The notes under the pieces are model-generated. The model was not told the DNA's origin and searched no databases. It saw only the letters and a list, made by a program, of their open reading frames with translations. Positions 1 through 9,828 of a DNA stretch of 38,344 bases are shown in pieces. This DNA is from Dehalococcoides mccartyi. Its GTDB lineage: Bacteria > Chloroflexota > Dehalococcoidia > UBA2979. Position 1 is the first letter of the stretch, and every line of letters starts with the position of its first letter. The DNA lies in the NCBI GenBank assembly GCA_945888895.1, contig CAMDAY010000002.1, positions 1-38,344 on the forward strand, in the 5' to 3' direction. A program made the position numbers and the translations under genes.

Positions 1-494
1 GCGCGCCTTCACGCGGTAGTGCCCGGACGGCCGCACGATGTCGCCGAGCACGTCCTCCGGCATCGCGGCGATCGCCTCGACGCTCAGCGCACCCGCCGCG
101 CCGAGGTTCTCCAGCGCCGACGCCGCGCCGCGCCACGACGTGTTCTGCACGAGGATCGCGCCCAGGCAGATCTCCAGCCGCTGCGCCGGCCCCTCGGTCG
201 ACGCGGTGGGCCACCATTGCTGCTCGCCGTACATGCCGAGCAGGGCGTCGTACGTGCGACGCAACTCGCGCGCCGTGTAGGGCTTGGGCGGTGCGGCGTG
301 CTCACCCCGGACGGCGGGGTCTTCGAGGCCGGTCGGGCCCGCCTGCAGGCGACCACCCTGCTTGGCGCCCTGCTTCCTCGACTGCTCGTCGAGACGACGC
401 TCCGCGCGCGGCGCCGGGCGCGGCTCACCGTTCGCCGCGAGGTACGCGGCCTCCTCGGTACGTTGCGCGGCGCGCCGCACCCATCGCCCGCTCA
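1..494 (-). CDS. Endonuclease III-related HhH-GPD DNA glycosylase domain protein (5' part only; gene runs off the left edge)
   Basis: Absent from the ORF track because it leaves the window. My minus-strand translation from ATG at 494 reads MSGRWVRRAAQRTEEAAYLAANGEPRP...YTARELRRTYDALLGMYGEQQWWPTASTEGPAQRLEICLGAILVQNTSWRGAASALENLGAAGALSVEAIAAMPEDVLGDIVRPSGHYRVKAR. The WWP and ILxQNTSW segments and the helix-hairpin-helix-like stretch are typical of EndoIII-related proteins. GC3 bias is strong in this frame. Confidence 0.6.
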
Positions 495-575
495 TCGCGC
501 CCCCCGCATTGCACTACGCTCCACACGTTGAGGCGATCCGCGCAACGCCGACCTCGACGCGGACGGAGGCAGCAC

Positions 576-797
576 GTGGTGAAGAACTGGGGGCTGGTGA
601 TCACGCCGGTCGCGATCATCCTGATGCTGATCGGCTCGCTCGTCCTCGACAACACACCGTTGACGATCGGCGCTGCCGTGCTGCTGATGGTCGGCGTCCT
701 GCTGATGCCGCGACAGGAGGGGCTGCAGGGCTGGATGCCCGCCGTCTCGCTCATCGGCGTCGCCGCGCTGGTGATCATCCTGCGCTCGATCCGCTAG
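576..797 (+). CDS. Small hydrophobic membrane protein (about 73 aa, 2-3 TM)
   Basis: C-terminal part of track ORF 291..797. GTG at 576 is preceded by GGAGG (565-569) with 6 nt spacing. Sequence VVKNWGLVITPVAIILMLIGSLVLDNTPLTIGAAVLLMVGVLLMP...VSLIGVAALVIILRSIR is strongly hydrophobic. Confidence 0.45.
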   Translation: MVKNWGLVITPVAIILMLIGSLVLDNTPLTIGAAVLLMVGVLLMPRQEGLQGWMPAVSLIGVAALVIILRSIR

Positions 798-826
798 CAC
801 CCGCTCTGCGCGCAACGCGTCGAGGA

Positions 827-1279
827 TCAACCTCGCGCCCACTTCGGTAGGGACGCCTTCGGCTCCGAGTCGTAGAACGCGATGTAGGGCTTCACGTCCA
901 GCACGGGCGTGCCATCGACCAGGTCGAGGCCCTCGAGGCGCAGCACGTCGCCCTCGACGCCGCGCAGCTTGCACACCGTCACGCTCACCGGGTTCGGCCG
1001 CGCTCCCCCGCGCAGCGCGAGGGCGCCCTGGAGCGGGTACCTCGAGTCGCCGTTGGGGTACGCCTGACGGCGCTGCCGCATCTCCTCGGGGATCTCGTGC
1101 AGCCAGCCGATCACAATGACGTGCGAGTAATCGGCCAGCCCGAGCAGCGCGTCGCCGAGGCCCGCGTTCAGGCGCACCTCGGACCGGACGCGCGACCAGT
1201 CGACGCGCGCGGCGTCGCGCTCGTCGCAGACGACGGCGCCGATGGATTCGAGGGTGATCGAGGCGGGCTCAGGCGTCAT
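827..1279 (-). CDS. trmO: TsaA/TrmO-like tRNA (adenine-N6)-methyltransferase (UPF0066/YaeB family)
   Basis: 150 aa ORF. The RPNPVSVTVCKLRGVEGDVLRLEGLDLVDGTPVLDVKPY motif is characteristic of the YaeB/TsaA fold. Confidence 0.8.
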   Translation of the reverse strand: MTPEPASITLESIGAVVCDERDAARVDWSRVRSEVRLNAGLGDALLGLADYSHVIVIGWLHEIPEEMRQRRQAYPNGDSRYPLQGALALRGGARPNPVSVTVCKLRGVEGDVLRLEGLDLVDGTPVLDVKPYIAFYDSEPKASLPKWARG

Positions 1280-1364
1280 GCTGGCATTCTACGCGGGAGC
1301 CTCGGACGAGCCGTCGCCGGCCCCCTCGGAGCGGCCTCGGGAGCGCGGCAGCAACCTAAATATA

Positions 1365-1373
1365 TGGTAAGAT
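1365..1373 (+). promoter_or_regulatory. Candidate extended -10 promoter element (TGgTAAGAT) upstream of gyrB
   Basis: Only AT-rich patch (aacctaaatatatggtaagatgg) in the 216-bp trmO-gyrB divergent spacer. TG lies at 1365-1366 and TAAGAT at 1368-1373. The -35 is poor. The same 9-mer GTAAGATGG occurs in the pyrG promoter candidate. Confidence 0.3.
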
Positions 1374-1489
1374 GGAGACGTGTATGAGCGCGGTTTGAAT
1401 CCCCCGCCGCCTCGGCGCGAACAGCAGTCGCGACGCACAGCATCCCACCGCAACACCCCTCGATCCGTCGTGGGGCGACGAGTGAATGA

Positions 1490-3418
<1,929 letters not shown>

Positions 3419-3444
3419 CCCTCGCACCGTTCGAGGACAACGCG

Positions 3445-3478
3445 ACGCCCCTTCGGAAACGGGGGGCGTTCTGTTTGT
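3445..3478 (+). terminator. Intrinsic terminator after gyrB
   Basis: Stem ACGCCCC / GGGGCGT with loop ttcggaaac, followed by the T-rich tract ttctgtttgt, about 27 nt after the gyrB stop. Confidence 0.7.
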
Positions 3479-3483
3479 GCCGC

Positions 3484-3968
3484 GGCGAGTGATGTCGAGG
3501 TGGCCGCGTGGGGCACCCCATCCCCCTGCCCCCTTCCGTGCTTCCACGCAGAACAGCGCTCCGCGCGGGGCTCGGGAAGGGGGATGGCTGGCAAGGGCTT
3601 CGCGCTCCCGATCGGACGAGGGGGCTTCGCACCTCGGCGGGAGGTTCAGCGGCCAGGCCCACGTCGCTTGAGACGACGGGCTGTGAGCGGTCGGCACCCG
3701 CGGGAGAGCCCTCACCCTGCCCTCTCCCCCTCAAAGGGGGCGAGGGTTCTGAAGGAATCTCCAGCGTTCACCGTTCGGTTGGACCGTCGGCTTCGGCATG
3801 TCCGTGCTGAGGTGCGAATCACTCGCACCGACGCTGCGTGGCCACATCGAGTTCCGCCGGGAGTGTGAGGAGCTGCGCCCCTCACAGTTGGTTCCTCCCC
3901 TCTCCCCCTCCCGGCGCGGGAGGGGGAGAGGTGGGCCGCCCCACGCCGCCACCTCGACACCACTCGCC
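3484..3968. mobile_element. MITE-like composite repeat, copy 1 (about 485 bp, non-coding)
   Basis: Left end GGCGAGTGATGTCGAGGTGGCCGCGTGGGGCACCCCATCCCCCTGCCCCCTTCC... The right end ...GGGAGGGGGAGAGGTGGGCCGCCCCACGCCGCCACCTCGACACCACTCGCC is its inverted complement. Internal modules are shared with copies 2-4: GCTTCGCACCTCGGCGG, GGTGCGAATCACTCGCACC and CCGCCGGGAGTGTGAGGAGCTGCGCCCCTCACAGTTGGTTCC. Also carries a nested family-B hairpin at 3708-3745. Confidence 0.8.
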
Positions 3969-4004
3969 GAGGATTGCACCCCGCTCGTTCTGGCTCCCCC
4001 GCGA

Positions 4005-4475
4005 TCACTCCCGCACAGCAAAGCCGAGCGACTGCACGCCCGCCCCGTCGAGCAGCAGCATCGCGCACGTCCCCGCCACCACCGGCGGCATGACGAACGT
4101 CGTGCGGAGACGGCCGTCGAGGCCCACCGTCACGTCGAACTCGACGTCACGCTGAAGCGGCGTCATGAGGATCAGCCGGCGCGGGCCGGGCGGCAGCCGC
4201 TGGCTCGTCACCGTCACCGTCTCGCCGCGTCGAGGTGACACGGGATCCATCAGTAGCAGCGGCGACCCGGAGTCCTGCAACACGGAGTTCTGCACGTCGC
4301 ACTCCGCGCGCGATGCGGAGCGATCCCCGACAACCGTCGAGGTGCCTCGCACTGCTGCGGTCGAAGTCGGGGCGGGCGGCTGCGGGGCGAAGGTCGCCCT
4401 CACCTGGCGCACGGGCGGGTCGCCGCATCCCGCGAGCAGCACGAGCGCGACGACTGCCGGCAGCAGCGCGCGCAT
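4005..4475 (-). CDS. Small lipoprotein (paralog A), unknown function
   Basis: C-terminal 156 aa of track ORF 4005..5339, from ATG at 4475. MRALLPAVVALVLLAGCG is a signal peptide plus lipobox. Shares AECD and G(T/H)CA..LL motifs with the 5869..6375 protein. Confidence 0.6.
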   Translation of the reverse strand: MRALLPAVVALVLLAGCGDPPVRQVRATFAPQPPAPTSTAAVRGTSTVVGDRSASRAECDVQNSVLQDSGSPLLLMDPVSPRRGETVTVTSQRLPPGPRRLILMTPLQRDVEFDVTVGLDGRLRTTFVMPPVVAGTCAMLLLDGAGVQSLGFAVRE

Positions 4476-4483
4476 CCTCGGTG

Positions 4484-5236
4484 CTATGCCCGCGCGAGGA
4501 GCGTGGGGAGCGAGGAGGCGAGCAGCGCCAGGCCGGAGGCGGTGAGGCACGTCAACACGACGCGGCGGAAGGCGATCTCGCTCAGGCCGATGTACACGCG
4601 CATGCCGATGAGCGCGGGGACGAGCATCGCCACGATCACGATGCCGAGCGTCGGGAGCATCTCGCGCGTCACGCGGCCCGCGGCGACGAGCGCGGTCCCA
4701 CTGAGCGCGAGGATCACGAGGTTGAAGTTCTGCACCACGGCACGCGCGTGGTCGCGCTCGAGCTGGCGGAGCGTCACCCACAGCGTCGGGATCGCGCCCG
4801 CTGACCCCACGATGCCGCCGAGGATGCCCCCGACCAGCCCGATGCCGCTGTCGGCCACTCGCCCGACATCGGGCACGCGGGGCAGACGCGTCGCGAACAG
4901 GATCGCGGGACACCACGTCACCAGGAACCCGCCCAGCAGCGCCTTGAACAGCGGCACGTCCAGCATCGGCAGCACCGCGACGCCGAGCGGCACGCCGATC
5001 ACCCCACCCACGAGGAACGGCGCGAGCAGCCGCCAGTCGAAGCCTCGACGCACGCGGATGGCGGCGGTGATCTGCCCGGCGAGCCCGCCGAGGATCGCCA
5101 GCGTCGCGGCGAGCGCCGGCTCCACGCCCCACGCCCAGAACGACAGCGCGACCAGGCTGAACGCGAAGCCCGACAGCCCCTGCACGAAGCCGGCGACCAC
5201 CGCGCCGAGGATCAAGATGCCGAGCGCTGCGTCCAT
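4484..5236 (-). CDS. TauE/SafE family sulfite/anion exporter (membrane protein)
   Basis: 250 aa from ATG at 5236 within track ORF 4484..5728. Polytopic and Gly-rich: MDAALGILILGAVVAGFVQGLSGFAFSLVAL...GIGLVGGILGGIVGSAGAI, typical of the TauE/YfcA family. Its stop is 9 nt from the start of the downstream lipoprotein gene. Confidence 0.8.
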   Translation of the reverse strand: MDAALGILILGAVVAGFVQGLSGFAFSLVALSFWAWGVEPALAATLAILGGLAGQITAAIRVRRGFDWRLLAPFLVGGVIGVPLGVAVLPMLDVPLFKALLGGFLVTWCPAILFATRLPRVPDVGRVADSGIGLVGGILGGIVGSAGAIPTLWVTLRQLERDHARAVVQNFNLVILALSGTALVAAGRVTREMLPTLGIVIVAMLVPALIGMRVYIGLSEIAFRRVVLTCLTASGLALLASSLPTLLARA

Positions 5237-5260
5237 CTGCGGGACTATACCCCTCCGGCC

Positions 5261-5299
5261 CCCTCTCCCACTGCGTGGGCGAGGGATGGGGTGAGGGCC
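5261..5299 (+). repeat. Family-B hairpin repeat (CCCTCTCCC-loop-GGGCGAGGG + ATGGGGTGAGGGCC)
   Basis: Sequence ccctctcccactgcgtgggcgagggatggggtgagggcc. Near-identical architecture at 23088-23125 and inverted at 3708-3745. Confidence 0.7.
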
Positions 5300-5356
5300 T
5301 CCGCCGGACACCCTCCGACGGGCGCCAACCAGCAGGCACGCGCTATCCTCGGACGC

Positions 5357-5872
5357 ATGATGACCGAGCCGTTCCAGCGCTTCTTCGTGGAGTTCGACCC
5401 GCCGCTCGCCGATGGCGAGGCGTGCCGCGTCGTCTTCGCGGACGACCCGGTGATCATCCTTTTCTTCCAGTCGTGGGCGTACAGCCTCGATTTCGGCGGG
5501 ACGCACGAGCTGGCGCAGGCCGCGCAGTACTTGAAGACGAAGCAGAAGATCGACCTGCGTCCGCTGTTCAAGTACGCGGACCGCGACATCGAGACCCCGA
5601 ACGACCAGCGCGAGATGGACCGCTCGTGGCAGCCCGCCGGTGACCTCGCCTCGTGCGCGCGCGCCGTCGCCGAGGCATGGACGACGCCAGACGACACCCT
5701 CGCCCCGCTCATCCAGGGCTACGCCCACCTCGCCCCGCGCCTCCTCGAGCTAGCCGCCATGTGCGACTGGGTCGCCGAGCGCGCTGCGTCCCCGGACGCC
5801 GAGGCGCGCGTCCGCATGACCTTCCTCCTCGAGACGCCCGAAGCGCGCACCTCGAGGCCTGCGGGTTACTAG
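5357..5872 (+). CDS. Hypothetical protein
   Basis: Track ORF 5291..5872 trimmed to ATGATG at 5357, since the upstream part overlaps the family-B repeat. Good GC3 bias and a non-repetitive acidic sequence. No family recognised. No clear SD. Confidence 0.45.
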   Translation: MMTEPFQRFFVEFDPPLADGEACRVVFADDPVIILFFQSWAYSLDFGGTHELAQAAQYLKTKQKIDLRPLFKYADRDIETPNDQREMDRSWQPAGDLASCARAVAEAWTTPDDTLAPLIQGYAHLAPRLLELAAMCDWVAERAASPDAEARVRMTFLLETPEARTSRPAGY

Positions 5873-6375
5873 GGCACCCAGAACGGCCGCGCGAGGTACG
5901 TGGCATCGGTCAGCGAGACGCCGCGCAGCAGCACGACCGCACAGTGACCGCGCTGAAGCTCCGGCATGACGACCTCCACTGAAACCGAACCCTCCGTCCC
6001 CACTACCACTGGTCGTGCAGTCTCTTCGCCTTCGCTCCAGATCGTTCCGATCCGCAGGTCATACAATCCCGCGCTCAATCCCTCTCCGGACACTCGAAGT
6101 CGCTGACCAGCCGACGGAGGATCAGGAGCGAGTCTCAGCCGTACTTCGCCGCGGAAGACCGTCTCTGGGCGGGCGATCATCGCGTCGCATTCGGCGCGAC
6201 GCGTCTCGGGCGTCTGTGGTGTGGGCGTTGCTCGGAAGTTGGGGATCGCGTTCGCGCGGATGCGCGCCCGCAGTTCCTCGATTGTCTCAGTCGGCGTCGG
6301 CGTCGGACGCACGCGGTGATCCTCGCAGCCGATGAGAAACACGGTGGCGAGCAGGGCTAGCATCGCAGCGCGCAT
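5869..6375 (-). CDS. Small lipoprotein (paralog B), unknown function
   Basis: C-terminal 168 aa of track ORF 5869..6837, from ATG at 6375. MRAAMLALLATVFLIGCE lipobox. Shares AECD...VVMP...GHCAVVLL motifs with 4005..4475. Confidence 0.6.
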   Translation of the reverse strand: MRAAMLALLATVFLIGCEDHRVRPTPTPTETIEELRARIRANAIPNFRATPTPQTPETRRAECDAMIARPETVFRGEVRLRLAPDPPSAGQRLRVSGEGLSAGLYDLRIGTIWSEGEETARPVVVGTEGSVSVEVVMPELQRGHCAVVLLRGVSLTDATYLARPFWVP

Positions 6376-6423
6376 CGGCGTTCCTCGGTCGACCGGTCGT
6401 GGCTCGCGTGCCACGATATCCGC

Positions 6424-7152
6424 ATGACGACGCAGTTTGACGATCGGTTCCGCGCGCAGGCGCAGCGCATCAAGGCGTACGAGGGGTGGCTGCGCTCCTC
6501 GGCGCCGGGGGCGATGGCGCTGCGGTGGCTGCTGGGGCCGGGGCAGTGGGCCTCGAACACCGCGATCTACCGGCTGGCCGAGGGGCTGAAGCTCGACGCC
6601 AAGACCAAGCTCCTCGACATCGGGTGCGAGCGCGGGGCGGTGCTGCGGCTGCTCGATGACCAACTGCGGTGCGAGGTGCCCCCGGTCGGCATCGACTTCT
6701 CGCGCGCGATGCTGGAGCAGGCGCGCCTCGACGACCCGAACCCGAGGCGCGAGGCCGGGCTCGTGCAGGGCAGCGGCATCGCGATGCCGTTCCGCGACGC
6801 GACGTTCAACCTCGTCACCTGCGGCTACGTGCTGCACGACCTGGACGACGACGAGGTGCGCGCGCTGTTCTTCGAGGTTGGGCGCATCCTCGAGCCCGGC
6901 GGGCTGGCGGTGATCTGGGACTTCGGCCCGACGGGCAACCGCACCCTCGACGCGTGGAACGCGCGCGTCGTCGCGACCGGCGGGTCGACGCCTCGACTGC
7001 GCTCGAACACGACGCTGCGCCGGCTGGCGAGCGACGTCGGCTTCCCGTTCACGCGCTACGCGGATCTGCGGCCGTTCCTGCTGCCGCCCATCCCACGCGC
7101 CTCGATCATCGTTGGCCGCCCGCCCGAGGGCTTCGACCTGTCGAGACTGTAG
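6424..7152 (+). CDS. Class I SAM-dependent methyltransferase (Methyltransf_11/UbiE-like)
   Basis: 242 aa. Motif I LLDIGCERGAVL, post-I VGIDFS, and LEPGGLAVIWDF. Confidence 0.8.
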   Translation: MTTQFDDRFRAQAQRIKAYEGWLRSSAPGAMALRWLLGPGQWASNTAIYRLAEGLKLDAKTKLLDIGCERGAVLRLLDDQLRCEVPPVGIDFSRAMLEQARLDDPNPRREAGLVQGSGIAMPFRDATFNLVTCGYVLHDLDDDEVRALFFEVGRILEPGGLAVIWDFGPTGNRTLDAWNARVVATGGSTPRLRSNTTLRRLASDVGFPFTRYADLRPFLLPPIPRASIIVGRPPEGFDLSRL

Positions 7153-7155
7153 CCG

Positions 7156-7832
7156 CTACCGGCACCGCCCAGCGACGCGCGCGATCATCGCCGACACGTC
7201 ACTGTTCGTGGACGCGCCGGGCAGGGTCAGCGCTCGCTCGACATCGGCCTTCGCCTCGACGCAGCGGTTGAGATCGGCGCGCATCGCCGCGCGAAACGCG
7301 AGTGGCAGCGGGTTGTCCGGCGCGAGGCGCACTGCCTCCACCTCGTCGGCCTCGGCGCCAGGAAGGTTGCTCGCCCACGCGCGGAGCCTCGCCCGCTCGT
7401 GGTAGATACGCCACGCCTCCCGCTCCTTGCCGCTGTACTTCACCGCAAGGTCCATCTCGGCGAGTGCTTCCTCACGCCGAAACTGGTCCGCGAGCAACGC
7501 CGACTTGGAGTAGTGCGCCCACGCGTTCCGAGGCTCCAATTGGATGGCCCGGTCGAAGTCGGCACCCGCGAGATCGTGCGCGCGCTTCGCCCGATGCACC
7601 AACCCGCGCTCGATGTAGAGGCGCGCGTCCCGTGGTGCTGCCTGTACCGCGTATCCAGCTTGAGCAACGCATCATCCTGGCTCCCTCCACCGGAGAGCGC
7701 CCGCGCCTGCGAGATCATCGCGTTCACATCGACGTTCGGCGATGACGAGCCACCCGGCGCCGCACCGAGCATGCCGAACGAGCGGGACGAGAACAGCAGC
7801 GCTGATAGCGACATCTTGAGCGTCCGTGACAT
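7156..7832 (-). pseudogene. Secreted TPR-repeat protein, apparently frameshifted (or assembly error)
   Basis: ATG at 7832 has a strong SD (cgGGAGGgcctATG) and opens frame A: MSRTLKMSLSALLFSSRSFGMLGAAPGGSSSPNVDVNAMISQARALSGGGSQDDALLKLD. Beyond that, frame A becomes Arg/Ser/Thr junk. The TPR-like sequence continues in another frame (QAGYAVQAAPRDARLYIERGLVHRAKRAHDLAGADFDRAIQLEPRNAWAHY...), which is the track ORF 7156..7602. That frame is closed by TGA at 7672-7674. Confidence 0.45.
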
Positions 7833-7855
7833 AGGCCCTCCCGCCGGACGGAAAC

Positions 7856-8506
7856 CTACCGATACAGGCCGTGCGTGTCGATGTAGGACCGCACGACGTC
7901 GGAGAGCAGGCCGTCCGTGGGGAGGCCGTCGCGGACGCGGGTGCGAATGTCCGTGGCGGACACGTCCATGCGCGTCATCGGCAGCGGGTCCACGCGGTCC
8001 TCGATGCCGGGGAGCGCGGCGCGCAGGGAGTCGGTGATCAGCGGGCTCTCCGCGTCGAGGTCGTCGCCATCGCGGCGCACCACGGCGAGGCGGATGCGCA
8101 TCACCAGCCGCTGCGCCTCGTGCCACCTCGGCAGGTCGAGCAGCGAGTCCTCGCCGAGGATGAGCCACCAGTCGCCGGGGCGCTTCGTCTCCAGCTCACC
8201 GACGGTGTCGAGCGTGTAGGTCGGGCCGTGGCGGTCGATCTCGATGCGGCTGGACTCGGCCCACTCGAGGCCCTCGATCGCCAGCTCCACCATCGCGAGG
8301 CGGTCGGCGGCGGGGCTGATCGCGCGGCCTGCCTTGCGCCACGGGTCGCCCGCGGGGATGAAGAGCACCGTGTCCAGGCTCAGCGCCTCACGCGCCGCGG
8401 CGGCGAGGGCCAGGTGCGCGGCGTGGGGCGGGTCGAACGTGCCGCCCATAATGCCTCGACGAGGCCACTTTGCCGGCCCGACCGGTGGGTTGACCGGTGG
8501 GTTCAT
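7856..8506 (-). CDS. nadD: Nicotinate-nucleotide adenylyltransferase
   Basis: GIMGGTFDPPHAAHLALA (the (T/H)xGH-type motif). Start chosen at ATG 8506, 5 nt after the obg stop. The obg-nadD arrangement is common. Confidence 0.85.
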   Translation of the reverse strand: MNPPVNPPVGPAKWPRRGIMGGTFDPPHAAHLALAAAAREALSLDTVLFIPAGDPWRKAGRAISPAADRLAMVELAIEGLEWAESSRIEIDRHGPTYTLDTVGELETKRPGDWWLILGEDSLLDLPRWHEAQRLVMRIRLAVVRRDGDDLDAESPLITDSLRAALPGIEDRVDPLPMTRMDVSATDIRTRVRDGLPTDGLLSDVVRSYIDTHGLYR

Positions 8507-8510
8507 GCGC

Positions 8511-9788
8511 CTACGACTCCCAGGCCAGCTCGACACCCCCGACGCGGATGCGGTCGCCGTCCTTCACGTTGAGCCGAGACAGCACGCGCTGCACGCCCAT
8601 CCGGCGCAACCGCACGTAGAACTCCTCGCGCGCCTCGCGCTCCGCCAGGGGGAGCGTGCGCGCGAGCCAGTTGGGCGTCGCGCCCTCCACCTCGACCACG
8701 CCGTCCTCGCCGACCTTCGCCTCGAAGCGGGCGCGCTGCGCCGGCTCCGGGTGGATCACCGGCAGCTCGCGGGCCTCGAGGCGCGCGTCCTCCGCCTGCA
8801 CCTGCCGCAGGATCTGGAGCGCGCGCAGCGCCAGCTCGCGGGTGCCCTCATGCGTCGCAGCGGAGAGTTGCATCCACGGCAGGCCGAGCGCCTCGATCTC
8901 CGGCTGCAGCAGCTCGATGCGGGCGCGCGCGTCCTGGTCGTCGATCTTATTCAGCCCGAGGATCTGCGGCTTCTCAGCGAGCCCGTGCCCGAAGGCGATC
9001 AGCTCGTCGTTGATCAGCTTGAAGTCGTCCAGCGGCTCCTCGTGCGTCATGTCGAGCAGGTGGACCAGCACGCGCGTCCGCTCGATGTGGCGCAGGAACT
9101 CGTGGCCCAGGCCCACGCCGTCGCTGGCGCCCTCGATCAGTCCGGGCATGTCCGCGGCGACGAAGGAGTCGTAGCCCAGGTTCACGACGCCCAGGTTCGG
9201 CTCCAGTGTGGTGAACGGGTACGCGCCGATCTTCGGCGTCGCGTGGCTCCACGCCGTCAGCAGCGTCGACTTCCCCGCGTTCGGCAGGCCGACGATGCCG
9301 ATGTCCGCCAGCAGACGCAACTCGAGGCGCAGCCGCAGCCGCTGTCCCTCCGCGCCGGCCTGCGCCCATTTCGGCGCCTGGCGCGTCGGCGTCGCGAAGC
9401 GGCGGTTGCCCATGCCACCTCGACCCCCACGTGCGATCACGGCGCGGTCGCCGGGATGCTGCAGGTCGGCGAGCGGCGGGGCGCCCTCGACGTGGTCAAT
9501 CGACCACACGGTCGTCCCTACGGGCACTGGGAGCTCCAACGACGGCGAGGACGCCCCACGCCTCTGGTTGGGCCCACCCTTGGCTCCGTCGGCCGCCTCA
9601 TGCGGTCGAGGGTCCTCGTACCGGTCGAGGGATGCGAGCCGCGAGTCGGCGACCAGCACCACGTCGCCGCCGCGCCCACCGTCGCCACCGTCCGGTCCGC
9701 CACGCGGCGACAGGCGGTCGCGCAGGAATGACACGGCGCCGTTTCCGCCAGTGCCGCCGGCTGCCTCGATCTCAACGCTATCGATCAC
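8511..9788 (-). CDS. obg: GTPase Obg/CgtA
   Basis: 425 aa. Has the glycine-rich Obg fold (GGTGGNGAVSF...GGDGGRGGDVV), G1 GLPNAGKSTLL, DMPGLIEGA and NKID, plus a C-terminal TGS/OCT-like domain. Confidence 0.95.
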   Translation of the reverse strand: MIDSVEIEAAGGTGGNGAVSFLRDRLSPRGGPDGGDGGRGGDVVLVADSRLASLDRYEDPRPHEAADGAKGGPNQRRGASSPSLELPVPVGTTVWSIDHVEGAPPLADLQHPGDRAVIARGGRGGMGNRRFATPTRQAPKWAQAGAEGQRLRLRLELRLLADIGIVGLPNAGKSTLLTAWSHATPKIGAYPFTTLEPNLGVVNLGYDSFVAADMPGLIEGASDGVGLGHEFLRHIERTRVLVHLLDMTHEEPLDDFKLINDELIAFGHGLAEKPQILGLNKIDDQDARARIELLQPEIEALGLPWMQLSAATHEGTRELALRALQILRQVQAEDARLEARELPVIHPEPAQRARFEAKVGEDGVVEVEGATPNWLARTLPLAEREAREEFYVRLRRMGVQRVLSRLNVKDGDRIRVGGVELAWES

Positions 9789-9828
9789 GAATCAACTCGC
9801 AGGCTGCCTCGGCGTATGGCGGGGGCGG

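Noticed and set aside
3500-3868. Protein-coding ORFs inside the MITE copies, e.g. 3500..3868, 3798..4238, 21846..22079, the N-terminal part of 21919..22863, 25486..26061, 25811..26029, 31718..31933 and 38092..38286.
   Set aside because: They are read across repeat copies in both orientations and different frames. They give the same pseudo-peptides ([23 protein letters not shown]) and lack RBS and GC3 signal. They are by-products of the repeat.
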